The notes under the pieces were generated by a model. The model saw only the letters and a program-made list of their open reading frames with translations. It searched no databases and was not told the origin of the DNA. From positions 117,552,001 to 117,616,000 of the forward strand of contig NC_043000.1 in NCBI RefSeq assembly GCF_006345805.1: a stretch of DNA of 64,000 nucleotides, given 5' to 3'. The position numbers and the translations under genes are program-made. Positions 1 to 13,625 of the stretch are shown here, one piece after another; position 1 is the first letter of the stretch; the number at the start of each line of letters is the position of its first letter. Origin of the DNA: Octopus sinensis. Its lineage: Eukaryota.

Positions 1-930
1 TAGGTATTAAGAAATGCTTCCAGCTGTAAAAACTCTACCAAAACAGAGACACTGGAATAAAATTTGTTCCTCCCACCTGCTGAATCCTGGTTAACCATCC
101 AATCTATGCCAGCATGGAAAACAGATTTGAAATAATGATGAGGATATATATGTATACATACATACTTATACACACATCATCATCATCATTTAACATCTAT
201 GTTTCATATTGGCATGGGTTGTAGAGTTTGACGAGCCAATGAGTTTAAGGACTGATGAGGCTCCAATATTCGTTTTGGCATGATTTCTATGGCTGGATGC
301 CCTTCATAATGACAATCACTTTACAGCATCTACTGGGTGCATTTTTTTTTATGCCATCAGTACTAGTGAGGTCGCTATGCAGCTCAGAAGACTCCAAACC
401 CAGGGATGGGTATGCTTTATGCTAGGAAATGTACATTAAAGTATGAGAGACGAGGGAGAGCAGAGGATATTTCTCCTCATCCAAATTCAGGCAAGGGTGT
501 GCATTGGGTACAATTTTTGCAGACCCACACCCCTTAGCTGTAGCAACCATAGAAAGTTTTACATGTTTAGCAAGATGAAGGGTCTTCTTAACTCTCTACT
601 CAACAGAGTGTATTGAGTGAATTTTATGATAGGACCAGCAGGGGAGTGGATAAAAGACCTTTCTCCTGTAGGCACAAGGCCTGAAATTTGGGGGAGGGTA
701 TTAGTTGATTATATTGACCCCAGTGTTTCACTAGTACTTAATTTATCGACTCCGAAAGGATAAAAGCCAAAGTCGACCTCGGCAGAATTTGGAAGGGATA
801 AGAGTGAGAGAAGAAAGGATAACAAGAGGTGAATGAATGTTATGAGATAATGATTGGCGATGACACCAAATGATAGCCTGTGGGGAGTATAAGTTGAGTG
901 TAAGAAGTAAAAGCAGGACTGATATGGTTC

Positions 931-1084
931 CAGGCTGTGTGGTAAGTAGCTTGCTTACCAACCACATGGTCCTGGGTTCAGTCCCACTCCACAGCACCTT
1001 GGGTAAGCGTCTTCTACTATAGCCTCGTGAATGGATTTGGTAGACGGAAACTGGAAGAAGCCCGTTGTGTATGTGTATATATAA

Positions 1085-1117
<33 letters not shown>

Positions 1118-1355
1118 TATATATATATGTATATGTGTGTGTGTATATGTTTGAGTGTCTGTGTTTTTCTCCCCCAACATCGCTTGACAACCAATGCTGG
1201 TGTGTTTACATCCCCGTAACTTAGCGCTTCGGCGAAAGAGATCGATAGAGTAAGTACTAGGTTTACAAAGAATAAGCTCTGGGGTTGATTTGTTCGACTA
1301 AATGTGGTGATCCAGCATGGTCACAGTCAAATGAGTGAAATAAGTAAAAGAGAAT
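931..1355 (+). mobile_element. tRNA-derived SINE family A (internal microsatellite)
   Basis: A-box-like GGCTGTGTGGTAAG, B-box-like GGTTCAGTCCC, CORE-like CCTTGGG(C/T)AAG, internal (TA)/(TG) run and shared 3' tail; many copies in the window. Confidence 0.85.
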
Positions 1356-1550
1356 GAAGAGTATAGATATATATATGAAAGAAGGTTTGAAAATGCAGTT
1401 TTAAAAGATTGTAAATCTTTTTCTAAAAAAGTGAAACCGGTCAAGTGAATAAAAACTCTTTTAAAATTGCCTTTTCAAACCTTCTTTCATATATATTTCC
1501 ACTCGTGCGGTACCTTACAACTTCACTTTGTTTTACATATATATATATAT

Positions 1551-1612
<62 letters not shown>

Positions 1613-3057
1613 GTATGTATTTATATATGTATGTATATATATATGTATATATATGTATATATATATATTTACACGTGTGTGTGTGTGTATGTATGTATGT
1701 GAGTGCCTGTGTAAACACACACACGTATATGTGTGTATAAAGACCAGCATAGCAGCGATACTCAATGTTGCGAAAGCGAAAACTTCAGAATTCATCTCTG
1801 ATATTCCAATATGCAACAAGCATTTAAGTGAATTTCGCTAAATGAGCAGAGCCCAGAATATTTAGTTTACAACAAAGGTTAATTGTTTGAGAATGTGTCA
1901 CGTTAAAATAATTCGCAACAACCAGCAACATAGGTACATTTTTGAGACATTACGAAATCCATGTCACGTTACTTCAAACATGTACGCGCGAATCCTCAGA
2001 AAAACCCGTTTTGTCTTTAATGAGGTAATATACGAATAAATGTTCCACGTCAAAAGGTATGACGAAATATGAACCACAAGAAACAGGTGTGGCTTGAGAA
2101 GGTGCTAGAAATAGTAACGTCAAAGCTAAACGCTTGCAGTATTTATTTTGAAATAACACCTGTGTGAATTCGCTATTGTTCTGACAAAGGTTTTCTTTCC
2201 TATCTCCTGTTTTTTTTCTTCTGCTACTGTTTCTGGTCGTGATATAATAATAAAATACCAGAAAAATAAAAAAAAAGATTTCATCTCAAAGCTGGTAGGT
2301 GCTAATTAAAACAACAATCAGGAATCGATTTTAAGAATATTCTTCAGTGGCTGTGAAGAAACTTTCATGGCTTTGTCATATTATGGTTATATAACCGATA
2401 TTCCGTCTTTTATTTACGTCTTCTCTTTGGGTGTTTTGTCTTGCAATAAGGAATCCTTCTGATTTCATGATTAGATGTTAAAATATTATTATTGTTATTT
2501 CTTAAGTCATCTGTGCGACATGCCATGTGACCAAAACTGACCAATGGCCATCGCCTCTCAAGCGCACACCCCGAGAAATCTGACTTCATAACAACTACTT
2601 TAAAACTACTACTACTGTGTGTGTATGTATGTGTATACATGTATATGTATATGTATGCATGTAGTTATATATATGCGCGTGTGCATAGATTATACACACA
2701 CACACATATGTGTGTATATGTAATAGTTGACATCATTTGTTTACGTATTTCTGTGGGAAAAATAAAACCCCTCTTTTTTTTCTTCATATATTAAAATATT
2801 GCGAATGTTGTCCTATATTAATGTTTACTGTTTTCTGGCAATACACACACATATATTCATTCATTCATATATATGTACATATCTATATATATGTGTTTGT
2901 GTATGTATGTATGTGTACGTACGTGTTGACGCGAGTTGTTTACGTTAGAAATTCTTTAAAAATAAATCACCCATCTTATTAAATTTTGCGATTGTTGCCC
3001 TAAATAATTGTTCATAGATTTCATCTCCCACACTCGCATATATATACATATATATAC

Positions 3058-3137
<80 letters not shown>

Positions 3138-3431
3138 TGAGCTAGACTTTTGAATTCTGTTATTCTGTGTTCTGGAGAGAAATATATATACATTATATCT
3201 AATCTAATACTTTGTGATTATCTTCATTTACAAATATGTATATCACCTTTCTGCCTTCTCTTTTAATCTGCTACCAAACCAATTAGTTAACCATTACCTC
3301 TATTGTCCATCTACCCATTTCTTACACACACACACACACACACACATACACATACACATATTTATATGTATGTATCTAACGGATTGTGTCGAATCAAGGG
3401 GTATTCACTGCTGGCAGGAATCAATTCAATG

Positions 3432-3482
<51 letters not shown>

Positions 3483-3699
3483 ATTTTTCTTCTTCCTCAG
3501 ATGAAGGGTATTGCGTGAAACCTCGTTAAATTTTTTTTTCTTATGATACATAAACAAACTCCATTATATATATATATATATATATATATTTGTCGCCTCG
3601 ATTGGAAACTATATACACGTATTCTCATGTTTGTTTATCTATCTCGTTACCTGTCTTGTCAGTCCATTATTTCGACTTGTTTGTCGGTGAATGTGAAGG

Positions 3700-4025
3700 A
3701 ATGGACAAGTACCTGTTGCAGTAACCCATTGAAAAACAAAAAAAACACACCAAGGTTGTTGACTGCTATTAGCTTGCAGCGCGCACTTGCTTTTACCCCT
3801 CGCTGCGTCTTCCTCCTTCTCTCCTCTCTCCGCAACTCTCTCTCGCTCGCTCTCTCTCTCCCCTTCCTCTTACTCCCTCACTAGATCTACACGGTCAATT
3901 CGAAGTACATAAACAGTTTCCACTGCCACTACTACTACTACTATTACTGCTATTACTGCTACACATTAGGCTCTCTCAGCTCTGTTGCAGCAGCTGGTGT
4001 TAGAAGCATATACGTACACACATAC

Positions 4026-4056
<31 letters not shown>

Positions 4057-4154
4057 AATATCTGTGAAACCACTACTGCTACCACCACCACCACCACCAG
4101 CTTTGCTGTGGTTTTGGTTGTTCAGATTCGTCTCCACAGACAAGAGCCAGCATC
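3700..4154 (+). promoter_or_regulatory. Probable core promoter / 5' UTR of the Mitf-like gene
   Basis: TE-free, CpG-retaining sequence with a long CT tract (~3810-3880) and (ACT)n, (TA)n, (CAC)n runs just upstream of the start codon. The TSS cannot be fixed from sequence. Confidence 0.45.
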
Positions 4155-4273
4155 ATGGATACCTTCAGTGGTGACAGTTCTTTCCGCGAAATGCAAGATT
4201 CTGGAATAGATGACATATGGGAGATTCTTCAGGATGATTTTTATGAATTAAAAAGTAAAGTTGTTGTCGGAAG
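4155..4273 (+). CDS. Mitf: MiT/TFE-family transcription factor, first coding exon (MITF-A/TFE3-like N-terminus)
   Basis: Manual translation: MDTFSGDSSFREMQDSGIDDIWEILQDDFYELKSKVVVG+AG. The xSGI...(F/Y)YELKS motif matches the N-termini of MITF-A (MQSESGIV...YYELKSQ) and TFE3 (ESGIV...FYELKSQ), compared from memory. ATG context catcATGG, in-frame TGA at 4065, donor AG|GTAAGA at 4274 (phase 2). Second in-frame ATG at 4191. Confidence 0.9.
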
Positions 4274-4375
4274 GTAAGACTGTTTGTTATTTTTCTTTTA
4301 TTTCTCTCATTCATTTCTCAATACGAAGAACCTATTTTCTTTTATCTCCCACACTACATATTTAATGTATGAATA

Positions 4376-4441
<66 letters not shown>

Positions 4442-5972
4442 ATATATATACAAATAATGTGTGCATATATGAGTGATTATATATATATATATGTGTGTGT
4501 GTGTATATATATACAAATAATGTGTGTATATATGAGTGATTATATATATATATGCGTGATTATATGTATGAGTATATATATATATGATTATATATATTTT
4601 ATGTATACATGATGTGTATATATATATATATGAATGAATATACATGTATATATAAGTATATATGTATATAATATCTTTCATATATATGTGTGTATTTATG
4701 AGTGAATATATATATTTATATATATATATAATGTGTATATATATATGAGTGAATGTATATGTTATATCTATATGGACAACTGACTGATTTATATGTATTT
4801 GTATATATATATTATGCGATTACATTGTATGTATGTATATATATATATATTATAGATATGTATATATTATATATATATGTACATAGGTGTGAGCTGACTC
4901 TCACATAAGCAAATTAGTCCTTACTAAAACATTATGATCTTTCTATGAATCAGTTGGTCTAATAAAACGGTTAATTTATTTTGGTAGCCTTCACCTTCTT
5001 AGTGATTCCGTAGTCAAACAGAATCATCTGTAAGGATGATCGAAAAATTTATTTGTTTTAATAGAACGCAATAAAGGATCGTTGGAATTGATACTACAAA
5101 GATCGAGCGAATAGTGTCATCGATTTAGTTTGGTACGGAATTCTCTACAAATGATTATAGCGGTGGCGGAGCGGAGCGAAAGAGCTTTTTATTGTTAGTT
5201 ATCCATTCCGTCACACTTATTGTTTACGATGATCAGTTTCACTCGTAAATTATATTTAGAAAAAAAAAAAAAACCCTAAAATACATCAGAAGCAAGCCAA
5301 GTGTCGGAATTTATTTGAAATAATAACGATAATTCCTTTAAAAAAAATCATTCGATAATTCCTCTAACCATCTGTTTTCCCTCTATTGTTTAAACCTCGA
5401 TATTGGAAAATCATTCCTATGTTCTTCATATATTCCGACGTATACCAGCAAATCCTAGTTTCTCCCCAATTTATGAATACATATATAACTATATCTGATG
5501 TTGTTTTTCAATATTTATTTCTCATATGTAATATATGTGTTTTTCTTTTCCATTCTAGTCCGTATTATTATTATATTACATACTGCCTATCAATAATATA
5601 TTATTTCCAACCAGCAGGTATTACGTCACTTCCCCGCTACAAAACTGCTGTCTCTTTTCGCACTGACATTTCCCATTCTTAACACCACACAGATTTCAGT
5701 AATGATAAATAATAACGACCACGATTATTATTATTATTATTATTATTATAGTTGTTTATTATTTTTATTCGATATTCTCTTATTCTTTTACACTTTTTTT
5801 TAGTCATTTGACTGCGGCCATGCTGGAGCACCGCCTTAATTATGTTTTTCACTTGGGTTGTCAAGGTGTAAATCATTGCTTATACTCGTGTGTGTTTGTG
5901 AGTGTGTGTAGGCGTATGTGTGTGTATATACTCATATATATATAAGTAAAACAAAGGATAATTCATTCATCC

Positions 5973-6018
<46 letters not shown>

Positions 6019-7540
6019 TAAGTGTATTCTTCACATAAACAAGTTCGATGGCTTTGATATACTCCGTTAATTTTATGTATTTCTCCCTTCTCCCTTTTCT
6101 TTCTCTCTCTCTCTCCCATATATATATATATATAATATATATATAATAATCTTGACGGAGATCTCCGCCTATATCTTGAATCTAAACATCTATGTTGCCC
6201 TGATAAATCTGAAATAGAGAATAAAATGCTTCTCCTCCTCATTCCTCCAACACTCTCCAGATATTGTCTTTCATTCTTCCAGTCAACTGCTAAGCCTTTC
6301 ACACCCACTGAATTATTACCGATTCCAAAATTTCTCCACCCTCAGAAAAAAAAAATTCCTTCTGTCATTCAATTATTTTCTTTCAGATTTTTACCGTCTT
6401 ACCCTAATCACCAAAGCAACAATCTCTATCAAAACAAGCAATCTTCCCACTTTCTAATAAACCTCTTTATTTATCCCCATTTAAAAAATGGATTGGTTTA
6501 AATTAAGAATTAGTAATTGATAATCGTGTGCCACCAGAACTACCAATGTACATTGCACGAGCAGCAGTGAGTTTATTAAACTACTAGAATATGTGAATGA
6601 CGTTATGGAAGGTTTTACGGGCACACATACACATTCATGTGAATCTGGCTGCAAATTATAGGAAACAAATCGATTGGTTATCGATACGATTGTGTTGAAG
6701 GTGGAAAATACTGCTTTATTAAATCGAATCTCTTCGTCTCATTCTATTGTTATCCATGTAACATATTTAACCTCTTACTCTAGCAATTAACGAACAATTA
6801 CCATTTTTATATATTATATAGCCGTTTCCGCCCCTGCTTTCGTTAGTGCTTGGCACAGGAAGTTGGATGGTCATTGCTATGACATTTCCACTGTAGTTAC
6901 CAAGTGTACGTGTGTGTGTACACGTATGTGTGTGTGTGTGAAAGAGGGAGAAAGAGATAGTATGAGCGTGTGTGTGAAAAGATAGAAAGAACGTGTGAGA
7001 GATTGTCTTGGAGATTAATTCAGAATCACTGATTTGTCTTAGCAACCGAAGATTTGCTTAAATAAATCCTGGCTATGTATTATCCTTAGTGAAGCGGTGA
7101 TCCGGTAGAATAGTTAGAGCGTCGGAAAAATGCTTTGTGGTATTTATTCCGAATCCTTATACTCTGATTTCAAATTCCGCTGAGGTCAACTTTTCCTTTT
7201 ATCTTTTCAGAGTCGATAAAACAAGACATATTAGGTTCGAGTCTCACGCGTTCTTATTATCCATTTTTTTTTCCCATCGGAGATTTATGTACCCTAATAT
7301 TAGACTATTTTCTATTGTCTATTTACGGTGAAAGCATAATTATATTCACAAAAGTAGATTCAAGAAGTACCAGTCGAGTGCTGGGGTTGATGTTATCGCC
7401 TTTCCTCTTTTCTAAAATTGCCGGCCTTTACCGAAATGTTAAAGAATTATTATCAATATTACTAGAGTGTTACAAGTCGTATGAGATAATAATTATGATT
7501 TAACTCTTTTGAAATTATTTGTTTCTAATTTTCAAAATAA

Positions 7541-8310
7541 GAACATTTATATCATACTGTCATCTTCTCCCTCTCCTCTTCCTCTGTCTCTGTGATTCTT
7601 TCCTGCACGCTATGTTCCTTTACTCATTGCTTGCCATTAAGCCTAGTATGTGCAGATATGCTGCTCCTTTTAACATTTACCATACTGTCATCTACTCCCA
7701 CTCCTCTTCTTCTGTCTCTGTGATTCTTTCCCTCGCACTATGTTCCTTTACTCATTGCCTGCCATTAAGCCTAGTATGTACAGTTATGCTGCTCCTTTTA
7801 ACATTTACCATACTGTTATCTACTCCCTCTCCTCTTCCTCTGTCTCTGTGATTCTTTCCCTCGCACTCTGTTCCTTTACTCATTGCCTGCCATTAAGCCT
7901 AGTATGTGCAGTTATTTCTGCTCCTTTTAACATTTACCATACTGTCATCTACATCCTCTCCTCTTCCTCTGTCTCTGTGATTCTTTCCTTCGCACTATGT
8001 TCCTTTACTCATTGCCTGCCATTAAGCCTAGTATGTGCGGTTATGCTGCTCCTTTTAACATTTACCATACTGTCATCTACTCCCTCTTCCTCTGTCTCTG
8101 TGATTCTTTCCCTTGCACTCTGTTCCTTTACTCATTGCCTGCCAATAAGCCTAGTATGTGCAGTTATTTCTGCTCCTTTTAACATTTACCATACTGTCAT
8201 CTACTCCCTCTCCTCTTCCTCTGTCTCTGTGATGCTTTCCCTCGCACAATGTTCCTTCACTCATTGCCTGCCATGAAGCCTAGTATGTGCAGTTATGCTG
8301 GTCCTTTTAA
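7541..8310. repeat. Minisatellite, six ~128-bp tandem units
   Basis: TAACATTTACCATACTG unit starts at ~7541, 7671, 7799, 7928, 8056, 8180. Confidence 0.95.
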
Positions 8311-8642
8311 AATTCTCTGAATGCTGCTATTTAACACCAGGTCAGCTTTCATTAAAAAACAAACCCTTCATCAAAGGTGTTCCTGTTATGTTCTTAACCT
8401 TCACCTTACTGCTGAGTTTCTAGCATTTGAGATCTCTGAGTTCAGTTGTTTTACATTTTTGAATCATTAGACAAAAGATTACCCACATTATCTAATTTAT
8501 CTTTGCCATATTTATAATGGCAGGGTGTACTTTAGAGGTAACTTGACTATTATTTCTAGAAGCTCAAACAATTGCATAGAAGACCCTCCCATTCCTTGTC
8601 AATGCCATTGTCTCTCCTTTAGTATTTCTTATTCAACTACTT

Positions 8643-8876
8643 AAGGCGGCGAGCTGGCAGAATCGTTAGCACGCCGAGCAAAATGCTTAGCAGCATTTCG
8701 TCTGCCGCTACGTTCTGAGTTCAAATTCCGCCGAGGTCGACTTTGCCCTTCATCCTCTCAGGGTCGATTAAATAAGTACCAGTTACGCACTGGGGTCGAT
8801 ATAATCAACTTAATCCATTTGTCTGTCCTTGTTTGTCCCCTCTGTGCTTAGCTCCTTGTTGGTAGTAAAGAAATAG
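8643..8876 (+). mobile_element. SINE family B with ~21-bp TSD
   Basis: GGCGGCGAGCTGGCAGAA head, B-box-like GAGTTCAAATTCC, GTCGACTTTGCC...AAGTACCAG core. TSD gtatttcttattcaac(t/c)actt at 8622-8642 and 8877-8897. Confidence 0.9.
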
Positions 8877-8964
8877 GTATTTCTTATTCAACCACTTGAC
8901 TTTGTAATAGCACATCATCATATCTTTATCATTCTCATCTAATGTCCACTTTACGATGCTTGCA

Positions 8965-9064
8965 NNNNNNNNNNNNNNNNNNNNNNNNNNNNNNNNNNNN
9001 NNNNNNNNNNNNNNNNNNNNNNNNNNNNNNNNNNNNNNNNNNNNNNNNNNNNNNNNNNNNNNNN
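8965..9064. other. Assembly gap (100 N)
   Basis: Exactly 100 N, a placeholder of unknown true size. Confidence 1.
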
Positions 9065-9451
9065 TCTGCCTCATCAAATTCTGTCTGACCCATGTCGTCA
9101 TCATCATCATTTAACATCCACTTTCCATGCTAGCATGGGTTGGACGATATTGACTGAGGGCTGGTGAACCCGATGGCTGCACCAGGCTCCAATCTTGATT
9201 TGGCAGAGTTTCTACAGCTGGATGCCCTTCCTAACGCCAACCACTCCGAGAGTGTAGAGATGGAAAAGTAGATATTAAAATGATGGTGATTCAAGGCTGA
9301 ATAAATGGAAAGAATATCAATCCAATAAACGATTTAACATTATCTTTTACTTGCTTCAATCATGCTGTGATACTGCCTGGTGGAATTTTTAGTTGAATGA
9401 ATTGATACCACTGCTTATTCATCTTGAAGTCTGGTACTTATTTTATTGGCC

Positions 9452-9675
9452 AGTGGCGAGCTGGCAGAACCGTTAGTACGCCGGGCGAAATGCGTAGCCG
9501 TATTTTGTCTGCCGTTACCTTCTGAGTTCAAATTCCGCCGAGGTCGAGTTTGCCTTTCATCCTTTTGGGGTCGATAAATAAAGTACCAGTTATGCACTGG
9601 GGACGATGTAATCGACTTAATCTGTTTGTCCTTGTTTGTCCCCTCTATGTTTAGCCCCTTGTGGGTAGTAAAGAG
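9452..9675 (+). mobile_element. SINE family B inserted in a reverse family A copy
   Basis: Full body; host SINE A sequence resumes at tattggtctcttttgc. Confidence 0.85.
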
Positions 9676-12263
9676 ATATATATATTGGTCTCTTTTGCTG
9701 AACTGCTAACTTATGGGGATGTAAACACACCAACACCAGTTGTCAAGCAGCGTGAGGAACAAACACAAGATACACATTCACACGCACACACACATGACGT
9801 ATTTCTTTCCATTTCTGTCTACCAAATCCACTCACAAGGTTTTGGTTACCCTGAGGCTATAGTATAAGGGACCTGCATATGATGCCATGCAGTGGAACCA
9901 TGTGGTTGGGAAGCAAGCTTCTTACCACACAGCCATGCCAGCACCTATAATATTGAATTTCTATTTTTTTCAAGTTGTTCAATAGAGTAGTCAAATCTCA
10001 TTTAACACATTTCTTGATTTTAAAATTTAGACTACCGCTTGTAATAAGATTGCAATCTTAGGTCAGCATTTCTCATAATAATTATCGTAGATTGTAGATT
10101 TGTCATACATAAATACCGATTAAATTTTCCAGTTTATTGACATAGCATATATTTCGTGTAAGAAAAGTTTATACAAATATTTTGAAATTGTAGCTTTCTC
10201 AGAAGCATTTTATTGATCTGTTTGGGCAAAGCTGACTAATGATGACGACTGCTGGTTATATTTATTGATATACTCAGGATGACAGACAAACTTGGCCTCA
10301 CTAAGATTTGAACTTGCTAGAATCCAACAGAACTTAGTAAAATCGAAGCATCTAATCATAATCGAGTAAGCTCTAGTTAATGTATATTGGGGTAGTTGGC
10401 TTGCAATCAAAAAATTATGGGTTCAGTTTCTTGATGGAGCTGTTTACTGTGTCCTTGAACAAGGCACTTCACTTCAAATTGCTTCAGTCAATTCAGCTGA
10501 AATAAATACCAGACAGGTGCTTATGCAACACTTTCTCTTTCTTCACCTGTCATATCCTAGATAGGTTTATTCGATCGAATGTATGAAGGCCAAGTGGGTG
10601 TCAGTGTCTGCTGCTCTCTACTACTCAGCTACCTATAGCAATTTAATGAAAGCATGGTACAAATTGTGAAGGTGCATAGTCTAGTGGTTAAGGTGTTGTT
10701 CTCATGATTGCTGGATTGTGGGTTCAATTCCCGGCTGGAGTGGCACATTGTGTTCCTTGAACAAAACACTTCATTTAACAGTGCTCCTGTTCACTCAATT
10801 GTAAATAGATGACCTCGTGATGGACTAGCTTTCCTGCTCGCCTTGCCAGTGGAGTGGCATCATTCAAGAGCTAAAACGATACAAAGCACATTTTGACTAG
10901 CGATGTATAACAACATCTTATAGTTCAGTCAATCATGTGATCATATCATCATCAATCGTCGTCAGCATCTGCTTTCTATGCTGGCATGGGTTGGACAGTT
11001 TGACTGCAGACTGGCAAGCCAGAAGGCTGTATCAAGCTCAATCTGATCTAGCAAAGTTTCTACAGTTGGATGCCCTTCCTAACATCAGCCACTCCAAGAG
11101 TGTAATGGGTGCTTTTATGTGCCATTGGCATGAGAACCAGTCAGGCGGTTCTGGCAATGACTACACTCAAAAGGTGTTTTTTATGTGCTACCTGCATGGG
11201 AGCCAGTCTGGTGGCATTGGTAACGACCATGCTCAAATGTTGTTTTTCACGTGCCACTGCCTGTAGGGCGACACTGGCAACAATCGTGCTCAAATGGTGC
11301 TTTATACATACCACTGGCATGGGAGCCAATCTGTGGTGTGTGTGTGTGTGCAAGTGCATGCATGCAAGTACACACACACACACATACACACCCATCCACA
11401 TACACACACATGTATATATACTTTGAAGCACATGTATAGATGTATATATACATGTCTGTGTGTGTGCACGTGCGCAGACATGGTTGTGTGGTTAAGAAGT
11501 TTGCTTTCCAGCCACATAGTTCCAGGTTCAGTCCCACTGCATGGCATTTTGGGAAAATGTCTCCTACTATAGCCTTGGGCTGGACAAAGTCTTGTAACTG
11601 TGTTTGGTAGATGGAAACCAAAAGAAACCCATTGTATGTGCGTTGGGGTGGGAATTGGTAGGTGTATGTCCCATTGTCTTGACATTGTGCCATAGTGTAA
11701 ATGAGTCAACTGACCCACAACCTTATGATTCAGAGCCTGGGTGTCCAGCTATTACACCATGTACATGCTTCATCTATATTTGCTACTCAAGTACCAATTC
11801 ATACAAGGAATATAGAAATGATTGAAAACGGCTTGTTTATGTAACTGAAACTATTACTGAGCATATCACTGAATGTAGGCTACGTTTTAGCTAAATATAG
11901 ATTCCTGTGTGGTGAAAGGCCAGCTCAAACTTGACAGGACATTCTCAACAGTACAAGCTAACCATTGGCTCCAGCTCTTCTCTTTTATATTTTGTTTCAG
12001 TCTTTAGATTGTGGCCATGCTGGGGCATGACATTGGAGAGATAAGTTGGACATATCAACACCAGTACTTATGTTTAAATCATGTACTTGTTCTATCAGTG
12101 TTTTTGCTGGACTGCTAAGTTTTTGGGACATAAACAAACCGATCCTAGTTATCAAGCAGGAGTGACTGACGGTCACAAACATTCACACACACATCCAAGC
12201 TGTGTCCTCTTGGAGCCTATCTGCTTAATCCAGTATGTAGTTGTTATATTTATGTGAGATATA

Positions 12264-12520
12264 CATTAGCATTGAAAATTCTGGAAATATAATCTGCAGA
12301 GTTATTAAATATGGAAACAGGAAGTTGGAAAACATATTTTGGTATTATTTATTTGCCATTACGCATTATACATTATTTCATTCTCTGTCTGAAGAATTTT
12401 TAACTGAAAATTTCTCATGTTTATCCTGCATATACAATTTCATAATTCCTGTTAACAAATGAAACATGTGTAATGGTGAATAAACAATATCAAACAATTT
12501 TTCCAACTTCCTGTTTTGAT
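12264..12520. mobile_element. Diverged inverted-repeat (MITE-like) element
   Basis: AAACAGGAAGTTGGAAAA...TTTTCCAACTTCCTGTTT arms; single-arm relatives at ~21370-21500 and ~26507-26620. Confidence 0.55.
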
Positions 12521-13229
12521 ATATATATACATATACATACATAGGCACATGTACATATACACACACACATATATACGGATATACACACACACACATATAT
12601 ATATATGTGTGTGTCTTAAAAGCATTCTGGTTATGCTTGTAATGCTTCCTACCCTGTCAAGCGTTCCTCACATTTCATTTCCCTAACAACCCAACCTGCC
12701 ATCACTCCTCTGTCTATGGCACTATCTGGCTGCTGTAATCACTTGAAGGCAATATCAGCAAATATTACTCCCTTCCCCACCAACACTCTTTCACCAATTA
12801 CCTCCTCTCTGTCCTTTCAGTTATCGCTCTTCTCTATCATATTCCATTCTATTCCATTTATCTGCTTTCCTTCTTCACATCTATGTCATCACACCTCCAA
12901 TCACTACACCCATCCTTATCTATCCCTACATCTCCCTCCTCACTTTTCCTACACCTTGCACACCATCCTTTTAATCTATCCTTCCTGAGCTGCTTCTGTC
13001 TTTCACTTTACTGCCACCCCCTTTAATAAAGATATTTTCCTCCTCTATCTGTACCTCCTCTACCATCATCTCCAACCCTCTACTACTCTTTCCTCACATG
13101 CTTATAATAGTACCAACACTCCTCTCTCCTGACCCACTGTCTGTATCCTTTCCTGTACTCACCTTGCACTAACTTGATAGTTGGTTCTGGCTCTCCATCA
13201 CTATCATCTTCATTTCTTTTCCTAAATAA

Positions 13230-13364
13230 TGTAGCTTGCTTACGAACCACATGTTTCCAGGTTCAGTCCGAATGCGTGGCACCTTGGGCAAGTGTCTTCT
13301 GCTATAGCCTCGTGCCGACCAAAGCCTTGAGTGGATTTTGTAGACAGAAACTGAGAGAAACCCG

Positions 13365-13432
<68 letters not shown>

Positions 13433-13625
13433 CTGTTTGTCACCCCACAATTGCTTGACAACCGATGTTGGTGTGTTTACATCCCCGTAACTTAGCAGTT
13501 TGGCAAAAGATACCGATAGAATAAGTACTAGGCTTACAAAGAATAAGTCCTGGGGTTGATTTGTTCGACTAAAGGCGGTGCTCCAGCATGGCCGCAGTCA
13601 AATGACTGAAACAAGTAAAGGAGTA
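13230..13625 (+). mobile_element. SINE family A, 5'-clipped
   Basis: Same body and GGCGGTGCTCCAGCATGGCCGCAGTCAAATGACTGAAACAAG tail. Confidence 0.85.

Noticed and set aside
2050-4125. Possible upstream non-coding exon (donor AAG|GTATGA at 2057, acceptor TTCAG| at 4125)
   Set aside because: The splice signals are plausible, but nothing else in the sequence distinguishes them from chance without transcript data.
7519-8310. Hydrophobic repeat ORFs; CRISPR-like periodicity
   Set aside because: Whole units are duplicated with no unique spacers, unit lengths mostly break frame, and the context is eukaryotic with no cas genes.
8880-8964. Minus-strand KWTLDENDKDMMMCYY peptide resembling an R4/Dong N-terminus
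   Set aside because: Too short, and cut by the gap and a SINE, to support a call.
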